Of a stretch of 64,000 nt of DNA, positions 9,585-19,151 are shown in pieces. The stretch comes from Candidatus Woesearchaeota archaeon (lineage in GTDB: Archaea > Nanobdellota > Nanobdellia > Pacearchaeales > GW2011-AR1), in assembly GCA_964498295.1 (NCBI GenBank), contig CAZCGJ010000001.1, forward strand, positions 1,669 through 65,668. Direction: 5' to 3'. The notes beneath the pieces are model-generated. The model searched no databases and was not told where the DNA came from. It was given only the letters and a program-made list of their open reading frames with translations. Positions within the stretch are counted from its first letter, which is position 1. Each line of letters starts with the position of its first letter. The position numbers and the translations under genes were made by a program.

Positions 9585-10619
9585 ATGGGAGTACAAATAT
9601 CTGATATCATTCCTAGAAAAGAAATAGAACTTTCAGATCTGAAAGGAAAACTAATAGCAATTGATGCGTTTAATACTCTTTATCAGTTTTTGACAACAAT
9701 AAGGCAACAGGATGGAACTCCCCTAATGGACTTGAAAGGAAATATTACTTCTCATCTTTCAGGACTTCTCTATAGGAACATAAATCTTCTAGCAGAAGGA
9801 ATCAAGCTAATTTATGTCTTTGATGGCGTTCCGCCAGAACTCAAACTGAAAGAGATTGAAGAAAGAAAGAAAGCCAAAGAATTAGCGCAAGAAAAATATG
9901 AAGATGCAAAAGAAAGAGAAGAAGAAAAAGAAATGAGAAAATATGCATCTCAAACAGTCAAACTTACAAGAGAGATACTAGAAGAGAGCAAAGAGCTCCT
10001 AAAGGCGCTAGGAATAGCTGTAGTCCAAGCAGAAAGCGAAGGAGAAGCAGAAGCAGCCGGAATAGCTAAAAATAAATTTGCATGGGCCTCAGCATCTCAA
10101 GATTATGATTCCCTTCTATTCGGTACACCAAGATTAATTAGAAACCTAACTTTATCTAGAAAAAGAAAAACTTCTTCAGGAGCAATGGTTGACACGAGTA
10201 TTGAAATGATAGAGTTTGAAGATGTTCTTAATAAACTTCAAATAAACCAAGACCAGTTAATTTGCCTAGCGATATTAGTAGGTACAGACTATAACCCTGG
10301 AGGCGTTAGAGGAATAGGTCAAAAACGAGCTTTAGAAATAGTCCAAAAATATCAATACCCAGTGCCTATCTTTGATTACGTCGCTAATTCAGGCAAGTAC
10401 GCTCTAGAATTTGATTGGCAAGAAATTTACAAAGAGTTCAAAGAGTTCAAACCAGTAACTAAAGAAAGAATTCCAGAATTAAATATAGATAAAGAAAAAG
10501 TAATCGAAATATTAGTAACCAGACACGACTTTTCAAAAGAAAGAATCGATTCAGCTTTAGACAAATTAAAAGTTCTTGAAGAAAATAAAAAACAAAAAGG
10601 ACTTAATGAATTTTGGTAA
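9585..10619 (+). CDS. fen: flap endonuclease 1
   Basis: IDAFNTLYQFL, EGEAEAA, SQDYDSLLFG, GTDYN, PIP box QKGLNEF. Confidence 0.97.
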   Translation: MGVQISDIIPRKEIELSDLKGKLIAIDAFNTLYQFLTTIRQQDGTPLMDLKGNITSHLSGLLYRNINLLAEGIKLIYVFDGVPPELKLKEIEERKKAKELAQEKYEDAKEREEEKEMRKYASQTVKLTREILEESKELLKALGIAVVQAESEGEAEAAGIAKNKFAWASASQDYDSLLFGTPRLIRNLTLSRKRKTSSGAMVDTSIEMIEFEDVLNKLQINQDQLICLAILVGTDYNPGGVRGIGQKRALEIVQKYQYPVPIFDYVANSGKYALEFDWQEIYKEFKEFKPVTKERIPELNIDKEKVIEILVTRHDFSKERIDSALDKLKVLEENKKQKGLNEFW

Positions 10620-10642
10620 ATTAAAATTAAATAAATATAGAA

Positions 10643-12706
10643 TTACTTTTTACTCTTTTTAGAAGATAACTTAACAACCTTAATTGGCTTTGCATTTGCT
10701 GCAGCTTTTCTCTTCTTAGCGATAATCCAATAAGCTAATCCAATAACAATTAAGAATACAATGATTCCTAAAGACCATCTTCCTGCTGTTGTACCAATTA
10801 CATTACCTGTAATTGTATTTACAAAATTAGGGCTATTTGTTTGATTGTTCAATTCAGTAGTATTTGAAGTATTAGTATTAGAGATAGTACATGTTCTTAA
10901 TTCTAATGGCTTATCAGTTCTAGGAGCGCAATAGTTAGTAGGATATGAACAAGTTCTTGTTTGAGAACCAGAGCTACATTCAGTCCATTCAGTACAAGAC
11001 CATTGAGTATTACATGTTCCACCGCCACCGCCACCGCCAGCAGCTTGAGGAATGATTGGTGAAACAGCTGCTTCAACTTCAAATTCTGCAAGCTTAGTTT
11101 TATTCAACAAATCATTTGAACTATAAAGAGACAAATATAAGGTATAATTACCTGCAACTAATCCAGTAGGAACAGAATAATTTGTAGGTACATCTGTAGA
11201 ATCATTAGCAGTGAAATTAAATTCATTTACAATAGTATTTCCATTATAAAGTTGGAAGTTTAAAACCAAAGGATAAACTTCAGAACTAACATTCACAGTA
11301 ACGTTATCTCCAGGTATTGTTTCATTGTCAGCATCATCTGTAACATTTGCAATAACAGAAGTATTCACATAAATAGTAACAGTAACATTCTCACTATTTT
11401 TATCTAAATCAGTAATATAATATGTAAAATTATCAACACCTACAAAACCATTGTCAGGAGTATAAACAAAACTACCATCGCCATCAACACTAAGAGACCC
11501 ATTTTGAGTTGAATTAATAACATCAATAAATAACACATCGTCATTTGCATCATTATCATTAGCCAAAATACCTAAAGAAGCACTAACATTCAATTTCTTA
11601 TTTAAAGAAGTATAATAAGAATCATTATTTGCAACAGGATCAGTATTAGTTCCTATAACAAAAATACACTTAGCAGAATCGCTTTTATGATGGTCAGTCA
11701 ATTCATAAACGAAATAATCAACACCATTTGTTTTATTAGAAGTATAATTGAAACTACCATTTACTGAAAAACCAGTACTTATTGTTTTTAACTTACCGAA
11801 TTTAACATTTTCAATAATAGATAATTCTAATTCATCTCCATCGAAATCACTATCATTAGCTAAAACACCAGTAGCATTTGTAGTATTTACAGAATCTATA
11901 ATAGCATATCTATCTTCAACTGCAACAGGAGCAGAGTTATTAAAACTTAAATAAGAGTAAACAGAAGAAAGACTGTTAGTATGACCGTCACTAACCAAAT
12001 AAGTAAAATAATCTACGCCATGAAAGCCATTATTTGCAACATAAACAAAAGAACCGTTTGACGTAAAGTTTAAAGTACCTTTTTTAGCAGTATTTACCAA
12101 AACAGCCCAAACAGAATCCCCGTCTTCATCCCTCGGATCAAAGATTACGGCACCATCCTCATCTAAATTAGACCAATTATAAATCTCCACATCATTCTTT
12201 AAAACACTCCTACTGTTTGAAATACTATAATAACTACCCACAACATAAGAAGAAGGTAAAATGTATAAGTCTCCTAAAATAGAAGGAGCATTATTTCTTA
12301 AACCCAAATAAGCAGTAGCAATTGAACTATTTGAGTTACCGTTAGTAACATAATAAGTAAAAGAGTCTACACCTGGAAAGCCATTATTTGCAACATAAAC
12401 AAAAGAACCGTTTGACGTAAAGTTTAAAGTACCTTTTTTAGCAGTATTTACCAAAACAGCCCAAACAGAATTTCCATCGTCATCTTTAGGTGCAAAAACC
12501 CATTCATCGGGATTAGATCTATCAAAAACATCAACATCATTCGTTAAAACACTCCTACTGTTTGAAATGTTATAATTATCCCCGTATACATAAGAAGAAG
12601 GCAAAGTATAAATGTCATTTTGAACAGATATCTCAGAAGCAGAAACCAAACTAACCAATAAAAAAATAGTTAAAGCAAAAATACAAGACAATTTATTGAC
12701 TGACAT
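10643..12706 (-). CDS. membrane-anchored surface protein with tandem Ig-like (Big_9/cadherin-like) repeats
   Basis: Signal peptide (LVSA); four GVLAND/GSFVY..GVD.FTY repeats; poly-Gly, then WSCTEWTEC..QTRTC Cys motif; C-terminal TM and basic tail. Confidence 0.85.
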   Translation of the reverse strand: MSVNKLSCIFALTIFLLVSLVSASEISVQNDIYTLPSSYVYGDNYNISNSRSVLTNDVDVFDRSNPDEWVFAPKDDDGNSVWAVLVNTAKKGTLNFTSNGSFVYVANNGFPGVDSFTYYVTNGNSNSSIATAYLGLRNNAPSILGDLYILPSSYVVGSYYSISNSRSVLKNDVEIYNWSNLDEDGAVIFDPRDEDGDSVWAVLVNTAKKGTLNFTSNGSFVYVANNGFHGVDYFTYLVSDGHTNSLSSVYSYLSFNNSAPVAVEDRYAIIDSVNTTNATGVLANDSDFDGDELELSIIENVKFGKLKTISTGFSVNGSFNYTSNKTNGVDYFVYELTDHHKSDSAKCIFVIGTNTDPVANNDSYYTSLNKKLNVSASLGILANDNDANDDVLFIDVINSTQNGSLSVDGDGSFVYTPDNGFVGVDNFTYYITDLDKNSENVTVTIYVNTSVIANVTDDADNETIPGDNVTVNVSSEVYPLVLNFQLYNGNTIVNEFNFTANDSTDVPTNYSVPTGLVAGNYTLYLSLYSSNDLLNKTKLAEFEVEAAVSPIIPQAAGGGGGGGTCNTQWSCTEWTECSSGSQTRTCSYPTNYCAPRTDKPLELRTCTISNTNTSNTTELNNQTNSPNFVNTITGNVIGTTAGRWSLGIIVFLIVIGLAYWIIAKKRKAAANAKPIKVVKLSSKKSKK
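12022..12471. repeat. perfect 96-bp direct repeat (12022-12117 and 12376-12471)
   Basis: Identical nucleotide sequence, period 354 bp, inside the surface-protein gene. Confidence 0.95.
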
Positions 12707-12709
12707 TTT

Positions 12710-13093
12710 TTAATTAGCCTCTGGAGAAAGATCTAGGCCAAAAAATCGTTTATTTCCAATCGCAGGTTCTTGAACACTAACATAATTTGTAGGATTTTGT
12801 CCAGAATACTTTAAAGACCTATTATCTTGCATAACGGAAGGTTTCCAAACAGCATTACCAGTAAGATTAGTAGTATAAACAACAGAATAAGTATTAGTAT
12901 TTGAAGAAGGAAGAGCAATATCCAAAATATAAGAACCATTCGGATAGCTTTTTTCAGGAGCAGAATAAGTTATACTTATAATTGAAGGCTTATTTGTTGT
13001 TACACTTGAAGTTTCATTTGTACTTGCAGCATAACCTGCAGAAGCTAACAAAGCTAATCCGCCACAAATTGCTGATCTTATTTTACTTGCCAT
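12710..13093 (-). CDS. small secreted protein
   Basis: Signal peptide; YSVVYTTNL...W...KRFF motif. Confidence 0.7.
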   Translation of the reverse strand: MASKIRSAICGGLALLASAGYAASTNETSSVTTNKPSIISITYSAPEKSYPNGSYILDIALPSSNTNTYSVVYTTNLTGNAVWKPSVMQDNRSLKYSGQNPTNYVSVQEPAIGNKRFFGLDLSPEAN

Positions 13094-13211
13094 AAATAGT
13101 TCACAAAAATAGGGTATTTAAACCTTTCGGTATAGTCACTTTTAAGTGACATCAATAGAGCATATAACAAGCAAAGTTTATAACTATGAAAAAAAGCCAA
13201 ATACCAAAAAG

Positions 13212-15080
13212 ATGGAAAATATTTTCAGTTCAAAGGAAGACACTCATGTTTTTGATTATCTTAAAATTTTAAAATCCCTAAATGAAATCCCGTTTCCAAT
13301 AGGAAAAACAACTTTAATAGACTTTTTAACCGGCGACTCAACAAACGCTTCAGTTTCAAAAAACAAACTAACAAGAAAAATAAATTTCAATAGTCTCAAA
13401 TTAACTAAAGACCAAACGAGAGAAATGATCGACGACATGATAAAACAAAGATTCGTTGAAGTCACAGGCACTCTTTCAAACCCATTTATTAAACTTTTAA
13501 GCTTAACATCAAAAGGACAAGCAGAACTTATTGCCCCTAAATATTATTTAAAGAAAACAGAAAAGCCAACCCTGGAGAAATTTGACATTAGCACAGAAGA
13601 AATATACGAATTTCAAGAGTTTGATAAATTCCTAGAAAACTTCAACGAAAATCAAAAGAAAGCAATAATCTCAAAAAATGAGAAAATAATGTGTATTGCT
13701 GGAGCAGGTTCTGGAAAAACAGCAGTCCTCACAAAAAGAATAGAATTCTTAATAAAACATAGGGGAGTAAATCCTTCAAAAATCCTAGCCATAACATTCA
13801 CAAGAAAAGCAAGACAAGAGATGAGAAATAGACTTCAAGAATTCGGAATCTCGACAAACGTTGAAACATTCAACTCATTAGGAGAACATATCCTCAACAA
13901 ATATGAAAATGAAATATATGGCAGGCCAATAAGATTAATTAGTACGGCAGATAAAATAACAATGATAAAAGAAGCCCTAGAAAGCCAAGGGAAAACACTT
14001 TTACAGGCTGTAGAGGAATACTTCACCCCTCAACAAAAAGCAAACAAAACTCCTGAAAGATTAATGTGGACTTTCATAAATGATTGTTTTACAATAATAG
14101 ATTACTTCAAATCGAAGAACACTCCAATCCCTGATTTCTCCAAAGATGCAGACACAAAACACTACTTGATTGCTTTAATGGTCCTAAGAACCTGTAACTA
14201 CGTTAAAACATATATGGAAACAGAGGGACTGAGAGATTTTTCAGACCAAGTTATTGACTCATTAAATTTCCTCAAAAAAAACCAAGACAGAGTCCCTAGA
14301 TTCGAACACATTCTTGTAGATGAATATCAAGACTTGAATTCTATGCAAGTAGATTTCATAAAACTACTAAACGCACCAAATATATTTGGAGTCGGAGATC
14401 CGAGGCAATCTATTTTTGGCTGGAGAGGCTCTGAAATAACACATATTACAAACTTCTCAAAAGAATATCCTGAATGCGAAGTCGTTCCTTTAGTTATGAA
14501 CTATAGAAGCACAAAAAGAATTGTAGAACTCATGAACTCTTCAATTAAACATCTTAAATTTCCAGATCTAGTTGCAAACAAAGAAAGTAAATCCCATGAA
14601 ATAGAAATAGAAAAATTTGAAACAGAAATGGACGAAATTCTTTCAGTACTTCAGAAAGTTCTAGAATCAAAATCTGAGAGACATGAGATATTTATTCTTG
14701 CAAGAACAAATAGGCAACTAGTAGAAATTTCAAAAATAATGAGAAATATGCAAATTCCTCACATTCTAAAAACAGAAGATGAAAATACACAGATAACTGC
14801 GAAAGAAGGAGAAGTAACTTTGGCAACAATCCACTCAATCAAAGGATTACAAGCAAAAGAAACTTTTGTAATTGGCTGCAACGTTCAAAACTTCCCTTGC
14901 AAGGCCTCAGATCACCCAATAATAGAAATGATCAAAATGGAAAACTACGACAAAGACGAAGAAGAAAAAAGATTATTCTACGTAGCAATTTCAAGAGCAA
15001 AAGAAAAATTATACCTTAGTTACTCCGGAACAAAAACAGACTATATAACTGACGAAATGGTTAAGATAATTAATGATTAA
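13212..15080 (+). CDS. UvrD/PcrA-like SF1 helicase with N-terminal RQC-like winged helix
   Basis: AGAGSGKT, ITFTRKA, VDEYQD, GDPRQSIFGWRG, NYRS, TIHSIKGLQ, RLFYVAISRAK; ATG 13212 lies ~25 nt after a TATA box. Confidence 0.9.
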   Translation: MENIFSSKEDTHVFDYLKILKSLNEIPFPIGKTTLIDFLTGDSTNASVSKNKLTRKINFNSLKLTKDQTREMIDDMIKQRFVEVTGTLSNPFIKLLSLTSKGQAELIAPKYYLKKTEKPTLEKFDISTEEIYEFQEFDKFLENFNENQKKAIISKNEKIMCIAGAGSGKTAVLTKRIEFLIKHRGVNPSKILAITFTRKARQEMRNRLQEFGISTNVETFNSLGEHILNKYENEIYGRPIRLISTADKITMIKEALESQGKTLLQAVEEYFTPQQKANKTPERLMWTFINDCFTIIDYFKSKNTPIPDFSKDADTKHYLIALMVLRTCNYVKTYMETEGLRDFSDQVIDSLNFLKKNQDRVPRFEHILVDEYQDLNSMQVDFIKLLNAPNIFGVGDPRQSIFGWRGSEITHITNFSKEYPECEVVPLVMNYRSTKRIVELMNSSIKHLKFPDLVANKESKSHEIEIEKFETEMDEILSVLQKVLESKSERHEIFILARTNRQLVEISKIMRNMQIPHILKTEDENTQITAKEGEVTLATIHSIKGLQAKETFVIGCNVQNFPCKASDHPIIEMIKMENYDKDEEEKRLFYVAISRAKEKLYLSYSGTKTDYITDEMVKIIND

Positions 15081-15994
15081 GAAAAAGCAGTCAAAGGCTC
15101 TATACAACCAGTAGGCGGAATAAATACTGACTCGTCTATATTCTCAACAGAAATATTAAAAAAAGAAGTCTTAAAACTATCCCCTTCTATAAAGGTCTCC
15201 ATTTGTAAAGGCACACAAAATTTAGTACTAAAGTAATCCAAACTTATCTCAGCATCTCCACCCAAGCCAATTTTAGCTTTATCCATATAAGATAAATGAC
15301 TAGCAGTCATCTTCAAAGCTTCCTGACCTTTAAAAACAACTTTTTCATCACGAACATAATTCTTTATATAAAAAGCATAATCAAGTAAATACACGCTCTC
15401 CAAAGGATTATGCCCATAAATATTTTCAGAATCATCTACCATCTCATCTTCTTTTTTCACAAGTACACAAACGTCGCCATTAGAAGTATAGCTTGCAGTC
15501 TCCCTATTTTCAGAGATAGTCCAATACCTAGCACTCACTCCGCCTAACATAGATTCAGAATATACAATTCTTTTAACCTTGTTTTCCAAAATCCAATACT
15601 TAGAGATGCCACTACCTCCAGTACCAGAACCTTCAACTTCATAAGAATACTTTTCAAAATCAATTACTCTCAAACACCCGCAAGAACCATTAGTAGTATT
15701 AAACCCTATAGCAAGATTGCTCCCATTGCATAAAGAATTATTTCCAATTTTATTAGAAGAAATATTAGACAAGTTATTGCTATCAGAGAAACCAGTCTCA
15801 TTTTTTAAAGAAGGATTATTCGAAAAAGCTATTTTACTCTCTTCTAAAGAACTGTTTGAGGTAGCTGCAAGCATATTCTCTCCAGTATCTTGATTTAAAT
15901 TATCAGAAAATAAGAAAACCCAAGAAGCTCCTGCAATCAGAACTAAAGCTAGAATAATACCTGAAATAACTAAAATACTTCCCTTTTTGTACAT
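15077..15994 (-). CDS. N-terminally anchored exported protein
   Basis: MYKKG followed by hydrophobic helix, Ser/Asn linker, C-terminal F.PP.GC. Confidence 0.7.
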   Translation of the reverse strand: MYKKGSILVISGIILALVLIAGASWVFLFSDNLNQDTGENMLAATSNSSLEESKIAFSNNPSLKNETGFSDSNNLSNISSNKIGNNSLCNGSNLAIGFNTTNGSCGCLRVIDFEKYSYEVEGSGTGGSGISKYWILENKVKRIVYSESMLGGVSARYWTISENRETASYTSNGDVCVLVKKEDEMVDDSENIYGHNPLESVYLLDYAFYIKNYVRDEKVVFKGQEALKMTASHLSYMDKAKIGLGGDAEISLDYFSTKFCVPLQMETFIEGDSFKTSFFNISVENIDESVFIPPTGCIEPLTAFS

Positions 15995-16047
15995 ATAAAA
16001 AACAAAAAAAGAAAGTATTTAAATATAGTCTTGGTTAAATAAATATT

Positions 16048-16461
16048 ATGGAAGAGGTATCTACAACAAACAAATTACCCTGGATAATCGCAGGAATAGT
16101 AGCTTTAGTAATCTTAGTAGGAATAACAGCAGTTATGTTTAGCGGTTCATCTAATAAAACAACAGAAAAAGCCCCTGAAGACATGACAATAAGCGAAACA
16201 ATAACTAGCTGTATGCAAACTTGCAAGCAATTACCAATAGGTTCGACAAGAACTAATTGCGAATCAGGATGCTCTCAAGTACAACAAGCAGTAAATGAAG
16301 AATTTCAAGAAGCAGGAATAAGCGGGGCCGCAGATATGACAACAGAGGAGTTGTTACAAGAATTAATTGCTAAATGTATTAACAATTGCCAAACAGATAC
16401 AAGAATAGAAGATCAATACAAACCAGCTTGTATAGAGAACTGTAAAAAAACTACATTATAA
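16048..16461 (+). CDS. small membrane-anchored Cys-rich protein
   Basis: N-terminal TM; four CxxxC motifs. Confidence 0.7.
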   Translation: MEEVSTTNKLPWIIAGIVALVILVGITAVMFSGSSNKTTEKAPEDMTISETITSCMQTCKQLPIGSTRTNCESGCSQVQQAVNEEFQEAGISGAADMTTEELLQELIAKCINNCQTDTRIEDQYKPACIENCKKTTL

Positions 16462-16463
16462 AA

Positions 16464-18386
16464 TTAATTAGTTCTTCTTATAATTAAAACAATAAGTAAT
16501 AATAGTACAATTATTGCAATAAGTAAAATCATATTAAATATCAATTGATTTGTTTTACCGGAGATATAACTATCCATATTAAATCCTTCATTTACAGAAC
16601 CATTTTGGTAATTAAGAGCAATAACAAAATCATCATCCATTGAAACAGAATCTGCAGTTTCATTATAATCAAAGTCATTCACAGGTGCACGAGTATGACT
16701 TCTACAGGCATCGCAATCTGGATCCTTATCGCAATCAACTCCTTGAGAAACATTTACTATAAAAGAAACACTGTCCACGCCAATATTACTAGAACTATCG
16801 TTTGCATAAGCAATAAGAGTATAATTTCCATTTGATAAATTCATAAGATAGCTATAATTATAATTATAACGAACACCATTTAGACTATACCAAACATCAT
16901 CTACAACAACATCATCAACTGCAAGAATAGTTAGTCTAACTAAATTAGAAGTATAAATTTGATTTACCGGGGAAATTATTGTGACATTAGGTCCAAGATT
17001 ATCTGAAGTATTATTAGTACCATTTGAAGAAGTATTTATAATAAAATGAGTATGCACAGAACTTAAACTTCCACAACTATCATTTGCATAAGCAACAAGA
17101 GTATAGTTTCCATTTGATAAATTTGCAATTGTAGATCCAGAATAACTAAAGTTAACTCCATTAAGAGTATACCAAACATGAGAAAGATTTGAATCTAAAG
17201 CAGAAATACTAACAGTTACCAAAGTGTTATTATATATTCTAGAGACTGGAGAAACTATTGTCAAAACAGGAGCAGTATTTCCAATACAAGAATTATTTGT
17301 AGTATTTGTGTTATTGCAATTAGTACAAATAGTAGAATTTGTTAAAACAGTCACATTTGGATTGTTTAATATAAAACTAGCATTATTACCTAAATAAGTT
17401 GTGTAATTTACATAAGCAATTTCATTCAAATGAGCAAGACTAGAATTGTAAACAATAACATTAAAGCTAAATGACTTCGACTCATTAATTTTTAATAATC
17501 CAGCATTGCAAGTCATCTTTCTTGTGTTTAGAGTATAATTACATCCAAAAGGAAGAGAAATAGGCACAACACCTAATGCCAAAAAATCTGTAATAATGAT
17601 ATTTTCTCCAGCAATAACCGTTATTTCCTTACTCCTAACATCATCTACAATCCAATGAGCAATATCATTCATCGTATGAGGATCGCTATCAGTAGGGTAA
17701 TGCCAGTAAATACCATTGCTAATATTAGAGATATTCTTAAGCAAATTAAATCCAGGAGTATTAAATTCTTCTCCAATACCAATTGTATAAATAGAAATAT
17801 TTTTTGCAGCAGCGAGATTTGCTTGTTGAAGAGCATAGGCTTTTGCATCGGCAGGAAGATTTGCCTTTCCATCAGAAATTAAAACAATAACTTTTGAATT
17901 CATAGTATTATTAAATTGTTCAGAAGCTTTCTTTATTGCTTCTCCAATATTAGTATTGCCTGAAGCAGAAATTGTATCGATATTGTTCTTTACAGAAACA
18001 TAATCTTTAGTTAAATTGTTTTTCACGAAAGGATTAGTATTGAAATAAACAAGACCCACCCTATCGTAAAGAGAGTCTAAAATGTTAACTATGGCCTTTC
18101 CAGCTAATTTTGCCTGAGAAATTTTATTCCCACACATGCTACATGAATTATCAATAACTAAAATAATATCCATAGGAACTCTAACATTGTTCATATTTCC
18201 GGCCCCATTAACAGTCAAAGTAATAGTTGCATTATCTCCAACATATAAAATATTAGGTGAAACAGACTTATTGCCTTCCAAATAAGGAACTGCAGAAATA
18301 GAGCTTAAAGAAATAATAATCGCTGCTACAAGCACTAGCAATCCTGCCAAAAGCTTCCATTGAATTTTGTGTGACTTTCTCTTCAT
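16464..18386 (-). CDS. VWA-domain surface protein with two Ig-like repeats and C-terminal TM
   Basis: MIDAS DNSCSM, TNIG, LISDG; repeated P..TI.SPV..IY...VWY.LNG...LSNGNYTL.AYANDS. Confidence 0.9.
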   Translation of the reverse strand: MKRKSHKIQWKLLAGLLVLVAAIIISLSSISAVPYLEGNKSVSPNILYVGDNATITLTVNGAGNMNNVRVPMDIILVIDNSCSMCGNKISQAKLAGKAIVNILDSLYDRVGLVYFNTNPFVKNNLTKDYVSVKNNIDTISASGNTNIGEAIKKASEQFNNTMNSKVIVLISDGKANLPADAKAYALQQANLAAAKNISIYTIGIGEEFNTPGFNLLKNISNISNGIYWHYPTDSDPHTMNDIAHWIVDDVRSKEITVIAGENIIITDFLALGVVPISLPFGCNYTLNTRKMTCNAGLLKINESKSFSFNVIVYNSSLAHLNEIAYVNYTTYLGNNASFILNNPNVTVLTNSTICTNCNNTNTTNNSCIGNTAPVLTIVSPVSRIYNNTLVTVSISALDSNLSHVWYTLNGVNFSYSGSTIANLSNGNYTLVAYANDSCGSLSSVHTHFIINTSSNGTNNTSDNLGPNVTIISPVNQIYTSNLVRLTILAVDDVVVDDVWYSLNGVRYNYNYSYLMNLSNGNYTLIAYANDSSSNIGVDSVSFIVNVSQGVDCDKDPDCDACRSHTRAPVNDFDYNETADSVSMDDDFVIALNYQNGSVNEGFNMDSYISGKTNQLIFNMILLIAIIVLLLLIVLIIRRTN

Positions 18387-18421
18387 GGTATTCTATCACA
18401 CACTCTCTTCACTCGGGTTAA

Positions 18422-18464
18422 ACTAAATAATAGTTATTATTCAGTAACAACAACCCTATTTAAA
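18422..18464 (-). promoter_or_regulatory. TATA box plus palindromic operator or hairpin upstream of the VWA gene
   Basis: TTTAAATA box at 18457-18464 (- strand); imperfect palindrome ACTAAATAAT-AGTT-ATTATTCAGT at 18422-18445 over the predicted TSS. Confidence 0.45.
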
Positions 18465-18565
18465 TCTTTTGATTTTAGAACTACTATCAAGTTACATAAA
18501 AAATAAAAAATAAACACAACCAACTAGAGACAAAAAATTAAGAAATAAAAACCTTCGAAAAATTC

Positions 18566-19117
18566 TTAAGCCTTAAGAGCTAAAGAATAAATATTTCCCT
18601 GCTCTACTGTAGGTAAAGTAGCAATATCTAAACCGAACTTAGTTACATTAATTGACTTATCACATTTCATACCGTTAATATATTCTGTCCAACTAGTACT
18701 ATCTCCAGAATGAGATCTATTGAACTCAAAACATTTATTATAAGCCATTTGATTTTGAACCGTAAGGTTACAAGACTCCAATACCTTCTGAGGAACTTCT
18801 TCAGTTGTAAAAGAAGCTAAATTATTTTGCTTTAAGAAAGCACAATTAGCATAACTCTTTTTACCGCCGACAATTAAAGGATATTTAAAATTACCACAAT
18901 ATGCAGCAAGCTTTGCTTCATCAGTAGAAGCCAACTTCAAATCCTTTTGACAAGATAAAATCATATTTGTAGTCTCAATAGCTTGAGCATCGATAGTAGT
19001 ATTTATTTTAAAGAAAAATGCATATGTGGCATAAGCAATAACAGCTGCAACAATAAGCACAAGAACAAAAACAACTATTGCTCCGCCAGATTCCTCAGCT
19101 CCTTTTTTATTAATCAT
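18566..19117 (-). CDS. pilin-like protein (class III signal peptide)
   Basis: MINKKG/AEESGG then hydrophobic helix; start reassigned to 19117, ~25 nt after TTTATAAA. Confidence 0.7.
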   Translation of the reverse strand: MINKKGAEESGGAIVVFVLVLIVAAVIAYATYAFFFKINTTIDAQAIETTNMILSCQKDLKLASTDEAKLAAYCGNFKYPLIVGGKKSYANCAFLKQNNLASFTTEEVPQKVLESCNLTVQNQMAYNKCFEFNRSHSGDSTSWTEYINGMKCDKSINVTKFGLDIATLPTVEQGNIYSLALKA

Positions 19118-19151
19118 CTTTTTCTTAGAACAAACCCATTTATAAATCTTT

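Noticed and set aside
12022-12471. 96-bp repeat as a DGR template/variable-region pair
   Set aside because: The copies are identical with no adenine-specific mismatches, both are in-frame coding, and no RT is nearby
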